A stretch of DNA of 32,562 bases from Alphaproteobacteria bacterium (lineage in GTDB: Bacteria > Pseudomonadota > Alphaproteobacteria > Elsterales > Elsteraceae): contig JAAFHH010000001.1 in assembly GCA_013297545.1 (NCBI GenBank), positions 1-32,562 on the forward strand, read 5' to 3'. The position numbers were made by a program, and so were the translations under genes. Positions 15,944 to 24,610 of the stretch are shown here, piece by piece. A model generated the notes under the pieces. That model was given only the letters and a program-made list of their open reading frames with translations. It was not told the origin of the DNA and made no database searches. Every line of letters starts with the position of its first letter. Within the stretch, counting starts at the first letter, position 1.

Positions 15944-17149
15944 CTACCAGTTGGTGTGCGAACCATCGAGCCGCCGCAACATCGGCGGGTTCCAGTGTCG
16001 ATACGGCTCGGCGCGCAGCAGCTTTTCATTCACCTCGATGCCGAGCCCCGGCAGGTTCGAGACGGCAAAGCTCGTGCCCTCCAACGCTGGCGCCAGCGGG
16101 AACAGCTCCCGCTCGATCGGTGGCTGTGGCCGAAATGGCGAACGATTGTATTCGAGCCAGGTGAAATTCGGCACGACCGCGGAGAGGTGCAGGGACGCTG
16201 CTGTGCAGATCGGACCGAGCGGGTTGTGCGGGAAGATGTCCACATAGTGCGCCTCGCACCAACCGGCGACTTTCAGCGACTCGGTGAAGCCGCCGATGTT
16301 GCACACGTCGAGCCGCATGAACTGCGTCAGGCCCTGTTCAACAAATGGCAAGGCCTGCCATTTGGACGCGAACTCCTCGCCGATCGCGAAGGGCACGTCC
16401 ACGCAGCGCCGCAAAGCTTCGTAGGCGGCCGGGCTTTCGTCGCGGATCGGCTCCTCGAGGAAGTCGAGCGTACCCCTGGCCATGCGATGGCAGAACGAGA
16501 TCGCCTCCGCCACCGAGAGGCGGTGGTGGTAGTCCACGCCGAGCGTGATAGCTGCCCCAAAACGCTCCCGCGCCATGGTCAGGCAGCGCGCGGTCTCGGT
16601 GATCGAGTGCCGCGGCTCAAACACGTCTTCTTGATCTCCCGTGAAAGCAGGGTTGACGCGTCCGAAGCGCACCACGTCGAAGCCCGCCGCCACGAAGGCC
16701 TGCGCCTGTTCCAGCGCGACCTCTGGCGCCAGCGCGTTGGTGGTGGCAAGGCTCGGCACGCGATCACGCACGCGCCCACCAATCAGCTCGTGCACTGGCA
16801 GGCCGAGCGCCTTGCCTTTCAAGTCGTGCAGCGCGATGTCAATCGCCGATTGCGCGGCGGTCAAGACGCGGCCGCCTTCGAAGTATTGGCTGCGATACAA
16901 GCGCTGCCAGATATGGGCGATGCGGAACGGATCCTCGCCCAGCAACAGCTCGCGAAAGTGCTGAATGGCGCCCATCACCGCCAGTTCTCGCCCACTTAGG
17001 CCGGATTCACCCCAACCATGCGTGCCGTCATCGGCCGTGACTTTGACCAGCAGCTGGTTGCGGTGCCCGATCCAAACCGGAAACGCCTCGACGTCGCGGA
17101 TGGCGAGGCCTGATTTCACCGTTGGGGCTGGCGAGGAGTGCAGGGTCAT
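15944..17149 (-). CDS. Enolase-superfamily dehydratase, D-mannonate/D-gluconate dehydratase (ManD) subgroup-like
   Basis: 401 aa. ..WGESGLSGRE.., AIDIALHDLKGKALGLPVHELIGG, GVDYHHR, FLEEPI, AIGEEF, RLDVCNIGG, FPHNPLGP, and a C-terminal ..RRLDGSHTNW typical of ManD-type proteins. Confidence 0.75.
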   Translation of the reverse strand: MTLHSSPAPTVKSGLAIRDVEAFPVWIGHRNQLLVKVTADDGTHGWGESGLSGRELAVMGAIQHFRELLLGEDPFRIAHIWQRLYRSQYFEGGRVLTAAQSAIDIALHDLKGKALGLPVHELIGGRVRDRVPSLATTNALAPEVALEQAQAFVAAGFDVVRFGRVNPAFTGDQEDVFEPRHSITETARCLTMARERFGAAITLGVDYHHRLSVAEAISFCHRMARGTLDFLEEPIRDESPAAYEALRRCVDVPFAIGEEFASKWQALPFVEQGLTQFMRLDVCNIGGFTESLKVAGWCEAHYVDIFPHNPLGPICTAASLHLSAVVPNFTWLEYNRSPFRPQPPIERELFPLAPALEGTSFAVSNLPGLGIEVNEKLLRAEPYRHWNPPMLRRLDGSHTNW

Positions 17150-17874
17150 TGCGCCGCGTCCTTTTGCTGGCGTCCTGGCGCGGCAGCATCGAGCCAGGCC
17201 AGGTTTTCCTCAAGCGTGTGGAGCACGTGGCGCGCGCCGATGTCGGCCGCCGCGCCGCCATCGTGGCGTCGGATCGCATCCAGCAGCGCGTGATGCTCGG
17301 CGCGCACGCGCGGACCGTAGCTTGGTGCGAAACCGCTCCTGGCGCGGATCGAACCCGAGAGGTCGTAGTAGCGTTGAATGAGCGCCACCGCTTCGTCGTT
17401 GCCACTGCGGCCGTTGATCAGCGCGTGAAACAGTTTGTTGACGCGCAGTGCGGCCGGCAGGTCGCCTGTCTCGAACGCCGCGTCATGATCAACCTGCAGC
17501 TGCTCGAGCGCGCGGATCTCCCGCCCGGTGGCCTCCTCGGCGAAAAGCCGGGCCATGAAAGACTCAAGCGCTGCCCGGATTTCGAAGATGCGCACCAGGC
17601 GCTGCCGGTCGAGCCCGCGCACCTGCGCACCCCGGTTCGGATGCAGCTCAACCAAACCTTCGCCTTGCAGAACATGCAAAGCCTCCCGCACGGGCTGCAC
17701 GCTCACACCAAAGCGCGCGGCGAGCGCGGTTAGCCGCAGCCACGTGCCTGGGAGCACCTCGCTAGAGACGATCATGGCGCGGATACCTGCCGCGACCCGG
17801 GCGGCACCAAGTCCGGTGGGTTCTGATTCTGACCCCGGCGGATCGCTGAGTGGAGAAAGTGCGCGAAGGAGCAT
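17146..17874 (-). CDS. GntR-family (FadR/FCD subfamily) transcriptional regulator
   Basis: ..LPGTWLRLTALAARFGVSVQPVREALHVLQGEGLVELHPNRGAQV.. wHTH followed by an all-helical FCD-like domain. The stop overlaps the ManD start (ATGA). Confidence 0.85.
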   Translation of the reverse strand: MLLRALSPLSDPPGSESEPTGLGAARVAAGIRAMIVSSEVLPGTWLRLTALAARFGVSVQPVREALHVLQGEGLVELHPNRGAQVRGLDRQRLVRIFEIRAALESFMARLFAEEATGREIRALEQLQVDHDAAFETGDLPAALRVNKLFHALINGRSGNDEAVALIQRYYDLSGSIRARSGFAPSYGPRVRAEHHALLDAIRRHDGGAAADIGARHVLHTLEENLAWLDAAAPGRQQKDAAQ

Positions 17875-17985
17875 GGTCTGGTTTCTTGACCCCGATTATA
17901 TATGATCTTGACGGGTTTGATACGATCTACCACTCTCCCCGTCAACAGGCTGCTTCTAAGTCAGCCGACACTCGGGAGGGCTAAG

Positions 17986-19788
17986 ATGACTGAGCAATCC
18001 AAACCCAGCGGCTTCGGACCAAATCGGCGCGAGTTGGGCGTGTTGGCTGCTGGCGCTGTCGCCACTTCGGTCTTGCCTATTGGGCCGGCCGCCGCGCAAG
18101 AGCAGCTGGATCGCAGCGAGGTGTTGATCGCGGAGGCATGGCCGGCCGGATCCAGCTTCCGCAACTTCAACAATCTAAACCCGTTCGCTGTTGGCAACGA
18201 CCTGCGCAACCACGCCGTGTTCGTGATGGAGCCGCTCTTCTACTGGCTCAACCTCACGGGCGAGCACCTGCCCTATCTAGCTACGGGCCACAGCTACAAC
18301 CAAGATTTCACCTCGGTCACCGTCACGTTGCGCCAAGGCGTTACCTGGTCCGACGGACAGCCGTTCACTGCTGACGATGTGGTGTTTACGTTCGAGATGC
18401 TGCGGCGCAACGGCGCCGGGCGGAACGATCTGGTTTGGGCCCGTGACGTCACGACATCGCTGAAAGAAGCGGTGAAGGTCGATGCCCACACCGTGCGCTT
18501 CGACCTTCTCATGGGCGACCCGCGCTTCGTGCTGCGTCTGCTAACGGCGAAGTTTACGACCGGCATCTACCCGATGCCGAAGCACATCTGGGAAGGCGTG
18601 GAAGATCCAGCCGCGTTCCAGAACTTTGACCTGGCACGCGGCATGCCGGTTGGCACCGGCCCTTGGCGCATCACCGCCGCGCTGCCTGAGCGTATCGTGC
18701 TCGATCGGCGCGATGATTGGTGGGGCGCCAAGCCCGGTGTGTGGGGCACGCAGCAAGGCGCCTTCTACACCGATCTGCCGGAGGTTCGGCGGGTCATTAC
18801 GATCCCACGCGGCGATCCGCAGCAGGCAGCGCAGCTGATCGCCGCCCGCCAGGTGGACTGGATCGTCGAGGCGCCGGTGCCGGTCATGAAGCGGCTCTTG
18901 GCGCAGCATCCGTTCATCACGACGCTGACAGACCGCGACCCGCCCTGGGGCAATGTCGACTGGTGGGCGACTGCGCTGTTCTTCAACCACGCCTCGCCTG
19001 CCGTCGCCGATCTCAACGTGCGCAAGGCGCTCCTGCACACGGTAAACCCGCGCCAAATCATCGATGTGTTCCACGAGGGCGCGGCAGAACCGCTCTACCA
19101 GCCCTATCCCGACTTCCCTATCCTGCGCCCCTACATCGACGATCTGACGCCGCTCGCGCGCGAACGCGGCTTCCAGCAACCGGATGCGCGCCGTGCGGCG
19201 CAATACATGGAAGCGGCCGGCTACCGCCGCGACGCGCGCGGCTTCTGGGCGCGCGAAGGGCGCCGTTGGACCGCTGAAATCCACGGCTCGCCCGCCCTCG
19301 AAGCGATCGGACCAATCATCGTCGAGCAGCTGCGCCGCGGTGGCTTCGAGGCCAGCTGGCAGAAACGGCCAGACTTCCTGCAACATATCTTCACCGGCCG
19401 CGCCGACATGGTGCTGTGGGGCAACAACGGCTCGATCTTCGATGCCGAGGATACGATGCTGCTGTACCACAGCAAGTTCTGGCGCCCGGTTGGGGAAAGC
19501 ACGCCGCGCTTCCATCGCTGGCGCAACGCCCGCTTCGATGCGCTGACCGACCGTGTCGGCCAGCTGCCGCCGAACGACCCTGGCATCCGCGCACTCGTGA
19601 AGGAGGCGTTCACGATCTGGATGGACGAGGTGGTGCTGGTGCCGATCGCCCAGTGGTACCACCGCATCCCCTTCTCCACGGCCAATTGGACGGGCTGGCC
19701 CAGCACCGCCAATCCCTATGTGCCGCCAACCATCTCGGCCTTCACCAGTCCGCTCGTCGTGCACGGGCTACGCAAGGTGCGCGGATGA
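17986..19788 (+). CDS. ABC transporter substrate-binding protein, family 5 (Dpp/Opp/oligosaccharide type)
   Basis: The start is taken at Met29 (MTEQSKPSGFGPNRRELGVLAAGAVATSVLPIGPAAAQ; Tat/Sec-like leader), with GGGAGGG 7-13 nt upstream. About 600 aa, typical of family-5 binding proteins. Confidence 0.85.
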   Translation: MTEQSKPSGFGPNRRELGVLAAGAVATSVLPIGPAAAQEQLDRSEVLIAEAWPAGSSFRNFNNLNPFAVGNDLRNHAVFVMEPLFYWLNLTGEHLPYLATGHSYNQDFTSVTVTLRQGVTWSDGQPFTADDVVFTFEMLRRNGAGRNDLVWARDVTTSLKEAVKVDAHTVRFDLLMGDPRFVLRLLTAKFTTGIYPMPKHIWEGVEDPAAFQNFDLARGMPVGTGPWRITAALPERIVLDRRDDWWGAKPGVWGTQQGAFYTDLPEVRRVITIPRGDPQQAAQLIAARQVDWIVEAPVPVMKRLLAQHPFITTLTDRDPPWGNVDWWATALFFNHASPAVADLNVRKALLHTVNPRQIIDVFHEGAAEPLYQPYPDFPILRPYIDDLTPLARERGFQQPDARRAAQYMEAAGYRRDARGFWAREGRRWTAEIHGSPALEAIGPIIVEQLRRGGFEASWQKRPDFLQHIFTGRADMVLWGNNGSIFDAEDTMLLYHSKFWRPVGESTPRFHRWRNARFDALTDRVGQLPPNDPGIRALVKEAFTIWMDEVVLVPIAQWYHRIPFSTANWTGWPSTANPYVPPTISAFTSPLVVHGLRKVRG

Positions 19789-20789
19789 TCTTGTCACGCC
19801 TGCTGCGGCGACTACCGATGTTGCTGGCGGTGGTGGTCACCGCCGCAACCCTGAACTTTGCCCTGCCGAAGCTTGCGCCGAAGAACCCGGTCGAAACCAA
19901 GCTTTTGGAAATGGCGGAACAAGGCGGCTCGCTGACCGACATCAGCGGGCTGATCCGCAGCTACGAGGAACGCTTCGGCCTCGATCAGCCGGTGATTGTG
20001 CAGTACTTCAGCTACCTGAAGGGCCTGGCCACCTTCGACCTTGGCTATTCGCTCGCCTTCTACCCCACGCGGGTGGCGGACCTGATCTTGAAGGCTCTGC
20101 CCTGGACGATCGGGCTGCTGCTCACCTCCACCTTGATTGCCTTCGTGATCGGGCTGCTGTTTGGTGCGCTGATCGCCTGGAACCGCGCACCGCGGCTTGC
20201 ACGCGTAATCGCGCCGGGGGTGATGGCGCTTGCGGCCCTGCCCTACTACCTGCTCGGCCTCGCGCTGACCTACGTGTTCGCATTCATTTGGCAGATTTTC
20301 CCTCTTGGCGGCGGCTACTCCCTGATGGCCCTGCCCTCCTGGAGCTGGGCGTTCGCGCTCGACGTGTTCTATCACTCGCTGCTGCCGGCGCTGTCCATCG
20401 TGCTCGCCTCTATCGGCACCTGGGCGCTGACCACCCGCGGCCTCATGGTCACGGTCCAGGGCGAGGACTATATGGTTTACGCCGAAGCGAACGGCCTCAG
20501 CGAGCGACGACGCTTCCTGCACTACGGGTTGCGCAACGTGATGTTGCCCCAGGTCACCGCACTCGCGCTGCACCTCGGCCACATCGCCGCCGGCGCCGTG
20601 CTGGTGGAGCGGGTGTTTAACTACCCTGGTGTCGGCATGCTGCTGTTTCGGGCGATCGAGCAGTCGGACTACTTTGTCATCTACGGCGTGGTCTACATCG
20701 TCGTCCTAATGATCGCGATCGCGATGCTGATCGTGGACCTGATCTATCCCCTGCTTGATCCGCGCATCCGCGCTGAGGCACGCCAGTGA
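19785..20789 (+). CDS. ABC transporter permease (DppB/OppB type)
   Basis: MILSRLLRRLPMLLAVVV.. The ATG overlaps the upstream stop (ATGA). Multi-pass membrane protein of about 334 aa. Confidence 0.85.
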   Translation: MILSRLLRRLPMLLAVVVTAATLNFALPKLAPKNPVETKLLEMAEQGGSLTDISGLIRSYEERFGLDQPVIVQYFSYLKGLATFDLGYSLAFYPTRVADLILKALPWTIGLLLTSTLIAFVIGLLFGALIAWNRAPRLARVIAPGVMALAALPYYLLGLALTYVFAFIWQIFPLGGGYSLMALPSWSWAFALDVFYHSLLPALSIVLASIGTWALTTRGLMVTVQGEDYMVYAEANGLSERRRFLHYGLRNVMLPQVTALALHLGHIAAGAVLVERVFNYPGVGMLLFRAIEQSDYFVIYGVVYIVVLMIAIAMLIVDLIYPLLDPRIRAEARQ

Positions 20790-21634
20790 TCGCGCTGCTC
20801 CGCTATCTTATCGGCAACGCACGGCTTGCAGGCGGGCTGCTGCTGCTCGGTGGGCTGATCGCCTTCTCCGCCATCGGGCTCGTGGTGTACGACACCGAGC
20901 TTGCCTACCCGCTGTCGGCACCGATCGCCCGCGAGCCATCGGCGGCCCATCCGTTCGGCACGGACGCCTCGGGGCGCGACCTCCTCGCCGTGATGATCGC
21001 CGGCACGCTGCTGACCATGAAGGTTGGGCTGATCGCTGGCGCGCTTGGGGTTGGGATCGGCGCAGTGCTCGGCTTCGTGGCTGCGACCTATGGCGGCTGG
21101 GTTGACCGGATCATCAGCGGCACGGTTGATGTGCTGCTGACCGTGCCGGGTCTGCTGGTGCTGATCGTGCTCGCCTCGTCCATCCCTGGCGACCTCGACA
21201 CCACGGACATGGCGCTCGTCATCGCGGCACTGGCGTGGCGGGAGCCCGCGCGCCAGATCCGCGCCCAGGCGCTCGTGCTGCGAGAAGCGAACTACATTCG
21301 CATGTCGCGGTTGTCGGGTGCGGGCAATCTGTCGGTGATCTTTGCCGACATGATGCCGAACCTGCTGCCCTATCTTGGCGCCAGCCTGGTTGCCGCGGTG
21401 TCTGGCGCTGTGCTGTCTTCGGTTGGGCTTGAAGCGCTCGGCCTCGGCTCAAGAAGCGAGCCGACGCTTGGCATGACGATCTACTGGATGATGCTAGAGG
21501 GCGCCTTCATTCGCGGCCTGTGGTGGTGGGTGCTGGAGCCGATCGTGGTGCTGGTCGTGCTGTTCGTCGGCCTCTACCTCTTGTCCTCCGGTCTTGATGA
21601 ATTCGCCAACCCTCGCCTGCGGACGGCGTCGTGA
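20786..21634 (+). CDS. ABC transporter permease (DppC/OppC type)
   Basis: 282 aa, hydrophobic. A GTG start overlaps the upstream stop. Contains ..HPFGTDASGRDLLA.., typical of DppC N-terminal periplasmic loops. Confidence 0.85.
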   Translation: MIALLRYLIGNARLAGGLLLLGGLIAFSAIGLVVYDTELAYPLSAPIAREPSAAHPFGTDASGRDLLAVMIAGTLLTMKVGLIAGALGVGIGAVLGFVAATYGGWVDRIISGTVDVLLTVPGLLVLIVLASSIPGDLDTTDMALVIAALAWREPARQIRAQALVLREANYIRMSRLSGAGNLSVIFADMMPNLLPYLGASLVAAVSGAVLSSVGLEALGLGSRSEPTLGMTIYWMMLEGAFIRGLWWWVLEPIVVLVVLFVGLYLLSSGLDEFANPRLRTAS

Positions 21635-23313
21635 CCATGGCCGATGTGCTGCAGGTGCACGACCTCAGCGTCGACTATCAGCTGGCCACAGGCGCGGTCC
21701 ATGCGGCGCGGAACGTCAGCTTTACGATCGCGGCTGGGGAGCGCGTCGGCTTCGTTGGGGAATCCGGCTCTGGCAAGACTACCGTTGCGCTCGCGCTGCT
21801 CGGCATGCTGCGGCATCCGGGGCGGGTGGTCGGCGGCAGCGCTCAACTGGAGGGGACTGAGTTGATCGGTCTGCCCCGCGCGGCCCATGCCCAGCTTCGC
21901 TTGTCCCGGATCGCCTATGTGCCCCAAGGGGCGATGAACTCACTCAACCCGGTGCAGACAGTCCGCCGTTCGATCGCCGATGGCCTGGCCGACCATGGCC
22001 AGCCGCTCGCAGGCACAACGCTCACCGAGCGGGTGGCGCTGCTGCTGCAGCAAGTCGGATTGACGCCGGAGGTTGCCGATCGGTTCCCGCACGAGCTGTC
22101 CGGCGGCATGAAGCAGCGCGTGTGCATTGCGATCGCGATCTCACTCTCGCCCCGGTTAATCCTCGCGGACGAGCCGACCAGCGCGCTCGATGTGGTCACC
22201 CAGCGCCAGGTGATGGAAACCTTCGGCGACATCCGCGCCCGGCTCGGCAGCGCGCTCATGCTGATCGGCCACGACTTTGGCTTGATGGCGCAGACTGTCG
22301 ACCGGCTCGTCGTCATGAAGGATGGCCGCATCGTCGAAACCGGCGAGGTCCGGGACGTGTTGCGCCGCCCCGAGCATCCCTACACGCGCGACCTCATCGC
22401 GAGCGTACCGACACTCGGCGAACGGCGCAGCGGCGGCACGCTCGCCTCCACCGACGAGCGGTCGCCGGTGATCCACCTTGCGGGCGCTGGCCGGACCTAT
22501 GGCGCGGGTCTGCGCCGGCCGGGTGTGATGGCACTCCGGCCGCTCGATCTCGCACTCGGTGGCGAGCCACGGATTTTGTCCGTGGTCGGCCAGAGCGGCA
22601 GTGGCAAGACGACGCTTGGCGACATCGTGCTCGGGTTCGTTGACCCAACCGCGGGCGCGGCACTCTATCGCGGGCAACCAATCGCAAGCCTGCGCGGCGC
22701 GGCGCGGCAAGCGTATCGGCGCGATGTGCAGGCGGTGTTCCAAGACCCCTACAGCGCCTTCAACCCGTTCTACCGCGTCGACCGCGCCCTCGCACAACCC
22801 TTGCTCAAGCTCGGCATCGTGCGCACCCGATCTGAGGCAACGGCGCGGATGCAGGCAGCATGCGCCGAGGTTGGGCTCGACCCCGACCGCGTGCTCGGCC
22901 GCTTCGCGCACCAACTCTCCGGCGGGCAGCGCCAACGGCTGATGGTGGCGCGCGCGCTGATGCTGCGCCCGCGCGTTCTGGTGGCGGATGAGCCCGTGAG
23001 CATGGTCGACGCCTCGCTGCGCTTCGCGATCCTGGATGCCTTGCGCACGCTGCGCGACCGCCACGACGTGACGGTGCTGTACGTGACCCACGACCTCGCG
23101 ACGGCCTACCGCGTCAGCGACCACGTGATGGTGCTGCACAGTGGCGCGGTGGTGGAGGAAGGCACAGCGGAAGCCGTGCTCCGCGAACCCGCACACGCCT
23201 ACACACAGCTTCTGGTCGACTCGATCCCCTGGCCAGATCCTGATCGCGCCTGGGGCGGCTCCGCTTTGCGCAGTGATAACGGGTCCTCACCGCAGACGAA
23301 GACGGGCCGCTAG
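21631..23313 (+). CDS. Fused double ATP-binding-cassette protein (DppD-DppF type)
   Basis: Two Walker A motifs (GESGSGKT, GQSGSGKT), two signature motifs (LSGGMKQR, LSGGQRQR) and two Walker B motifs (LILADEPTSALD, VLVADEPVSMVD) in one 560-aa ORF. Confidence 0.9.
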   Translation: MTMADVLQVHDLSVDYQLATGAVHAARNVSFTIAAGERVGFVGESGSGKTTVALALLGMLRHPGRVVGGSAQLEGTELIGLPRAAHAQLRLSRIAYVPQGAMNSLNPVQTVRRSIADGLADHGQPLAGTTLTERVALLLQQVGLTPEVADRFPHELSGGMKQRVCIAIAISLSPRLILADEPTSALDVVTQRQVMETFGDIRARLGSALMLIGHDFGLMAQTVDRLVVMKDGRIVETGEVRDVLRRPEHPYTRDLIASVPTLGERRSGGTLASTDERSPVIHLAGAGRTYGAGLRRPGVMALRPLDLALGGEPRILSVVGQSGSGKTTLGDIVLGFVDPTAGAALYRGQPIASLRGAARQAYRRDVQAVFQDPYSAFNPFYRVDRALAQPLLKLGIVRTRSEATARMQAACAEVGLDPDRVLGRFAHQLSGGQRQRLMVARALMLRPRVLVADEPVSMVDASLRFAILDALRTLRDRHDVTVLYVTHDLATAYRVSDHVMVLHSGAVVEEGTAEAVLREPAHAYTQLLVDSIPWPDPDRAWGGSALRSDNGSSPQTKTGR

Positions 23314-23517
23314 AGCCTGATGTACTGAGGTGTGCTTTGTCTCAGAGAGCAGTTGGGCCTCACCCGCAGATACACTATGACTAATTCTGTATCAGCCGAA
23401 CGCCGGTACAGGCCCTGAATCCCAGGAAATCCGGCTGAAAGCGCCCTGCGCCGTGGTGGAACGTGGCGCGATGTGTTACAAAACTCACGGAAAATCTTTC
23501 AACGCGGATCGTGGCCG

Positions 23518-23835
23518 ATGCAGCTGTCCCTGTTCCCCGATCTGCCCACCCCCGCCCCGCGATCCCCTGGTGATCGGCCGGCGCCAGTCCCGGACCTGGT
23601 GCGCGCCGGCATCCTGCTCACCCGCATCCGGCCGGAGCAGAACGAGTGGCGGTTCTATCGCCTCGAGCTCTGGCCCGACCTCTTCGGCCAGGTCTGCCTC
23701 GTGCGCGAGTGGGGGCGCATCGGCCGACCAGGTCGCCTGCGCCTTGACCCATTTTCCGACAGTACGCGCGCGCGCAGTGCGCGCGATCGGCTCGCCGGCG
23801 CCAAGCGTCGGCGTGGCTATCAGGAGGTTGCGTGA
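23518..23835 (+). CDS. Small WGR-domain protein
   Basis: ..NEWRFYRLELWPDLFGQVCLVREWGRIGRPGRLRLDPF..RRGY.. shows the WGR signature. The start could instead be the upstream Met at 23473. The stop overlaps the next gene's GTG (GTGA). Confidence 0.75.
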   Translation: MQLSLFPDLPTPAPRSPGDRPAPVPDLVRAGILLTRIRPEQNEWRFYRLELWPDLFGQVCLVREWGRIGRPGRLRLDPFSDSTRARSARDRLAGAKRRRGYQEVA

Positions 23836-24440
23836 AGCCGCCCTCCCCCTCCCCCGCCGGCATGAGCCTGCATGCGGCCGATGGTTCTCGAAAATACCTC
23901 ACGGCCGCGGAGCGTTCGGACTTCCTCAAGGCGGCCGAGCGGGCCGATCGGCAAGTCCGCACCCTCTGCATGACCCTCACCTACTCCGGGTGTCGGATCT
24001 CGGAGGCGTTGGCGCTGACCGCTGATCGGGTGGACCTGGTGGCCGGCGTGCTGGTGTTTGAGAGCTTGAAGAAGCGGCGCAGCGGTGTGTGGCGAGCCGT
24101 GCCGGTGCCGCCTGCCCTGCTCGAGGCCCTCGACCTGGTGCATGGGGTGCGGGAGGCGCAAGGGCGGCGTGATCGTGGGAAGGCCCTGGTGCTGTGGCCC
24201 TGGAGCCGGATGACCGCTTGGCGGCGTGTGGCAGAGGTTATGGCCGAAGCGCGGCTCGAGGGCACGCAGGCGAGCCCCAAGGGGCTGCGACATGGGTTTG
24301 GTGTGGCGGCGGTGACCGCTGGTATCCCCCTGAACCTGGTGCAGAAGTGGTTGGGCCACGCCCAGCTCTCGACGACGGCGATTTACGCTGACGCTGTGGG
24401 GGCGGAGGAGCAGAACATTGCAGCGCGCATGTGGGGGTAG
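23832..24440 (+). CDS. Tyrosine recombinase/integrase, catalytic domain only (about 200 aa)
   Basis: ..LTYSGCRISEALAL.. (catalytic Arg box), ..GLRHGFG.. (H/R box), ..LGHAQLSTTAIYA.. (His and Tyr nucleophile). No N-terminal core-binding or arm-binding domain. CAGGAGG lies 5 nt upstream of the GTG. Confidence 0.8.
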   Translation: MKPPSPSPAGMSLHAADGSRKYLTAAERSDFLKAAERADRQVRTLCMTLTYSGCRISEALALTADRVDLVAGVLVFESLKKRRSGVWRAVPVPPALLEALDLVHGVREAQGRRDRGKALVLWPWSRMTAWRRVAEVMAEARLEGTQASPKGLRHGFGVAAVTAGIPLNLVQKWLGHAQLSTTAIYADAVGAEEQNIAARMWG

Positions 24441-24610
24441 ACCCTCAGCTTCGTGAGTTCAGTAGCTGGCGCCTCCCGCAACGTCGGTGCGAAGTAGTTG
24501 ACCAAAACATTATTGTGGTCTTAGCGTAAATCGCTGTCCACTATGCCAGCAGACCTCAGATTGCCTCCGGTAAACCTGGTGCTTTCAGGGGGACCTAACT
24601 GGAGGCGAGA

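Noticed and set aside
23314-23517. Search for a tRNA/tmRNA integration target, att direct repeats or a Rho-independent terminator at the island's left border. The 24441-24610 and 25865-25973 gaps were scanned too.
   Set aside because: I found no cloverleaf-like or T-loop (GGTTCGAATCC-type) sequence. Only short stems are present (CTGAG..CTCAG near 23324-23344; GTGCC-CTCAA-GGCAC and ATGAGTG..CACTCAT in 25884-25945), none with a U-tract. A possible TTGACC-N18-TAGCGT promoter near 24498-24527 is too weak to call.
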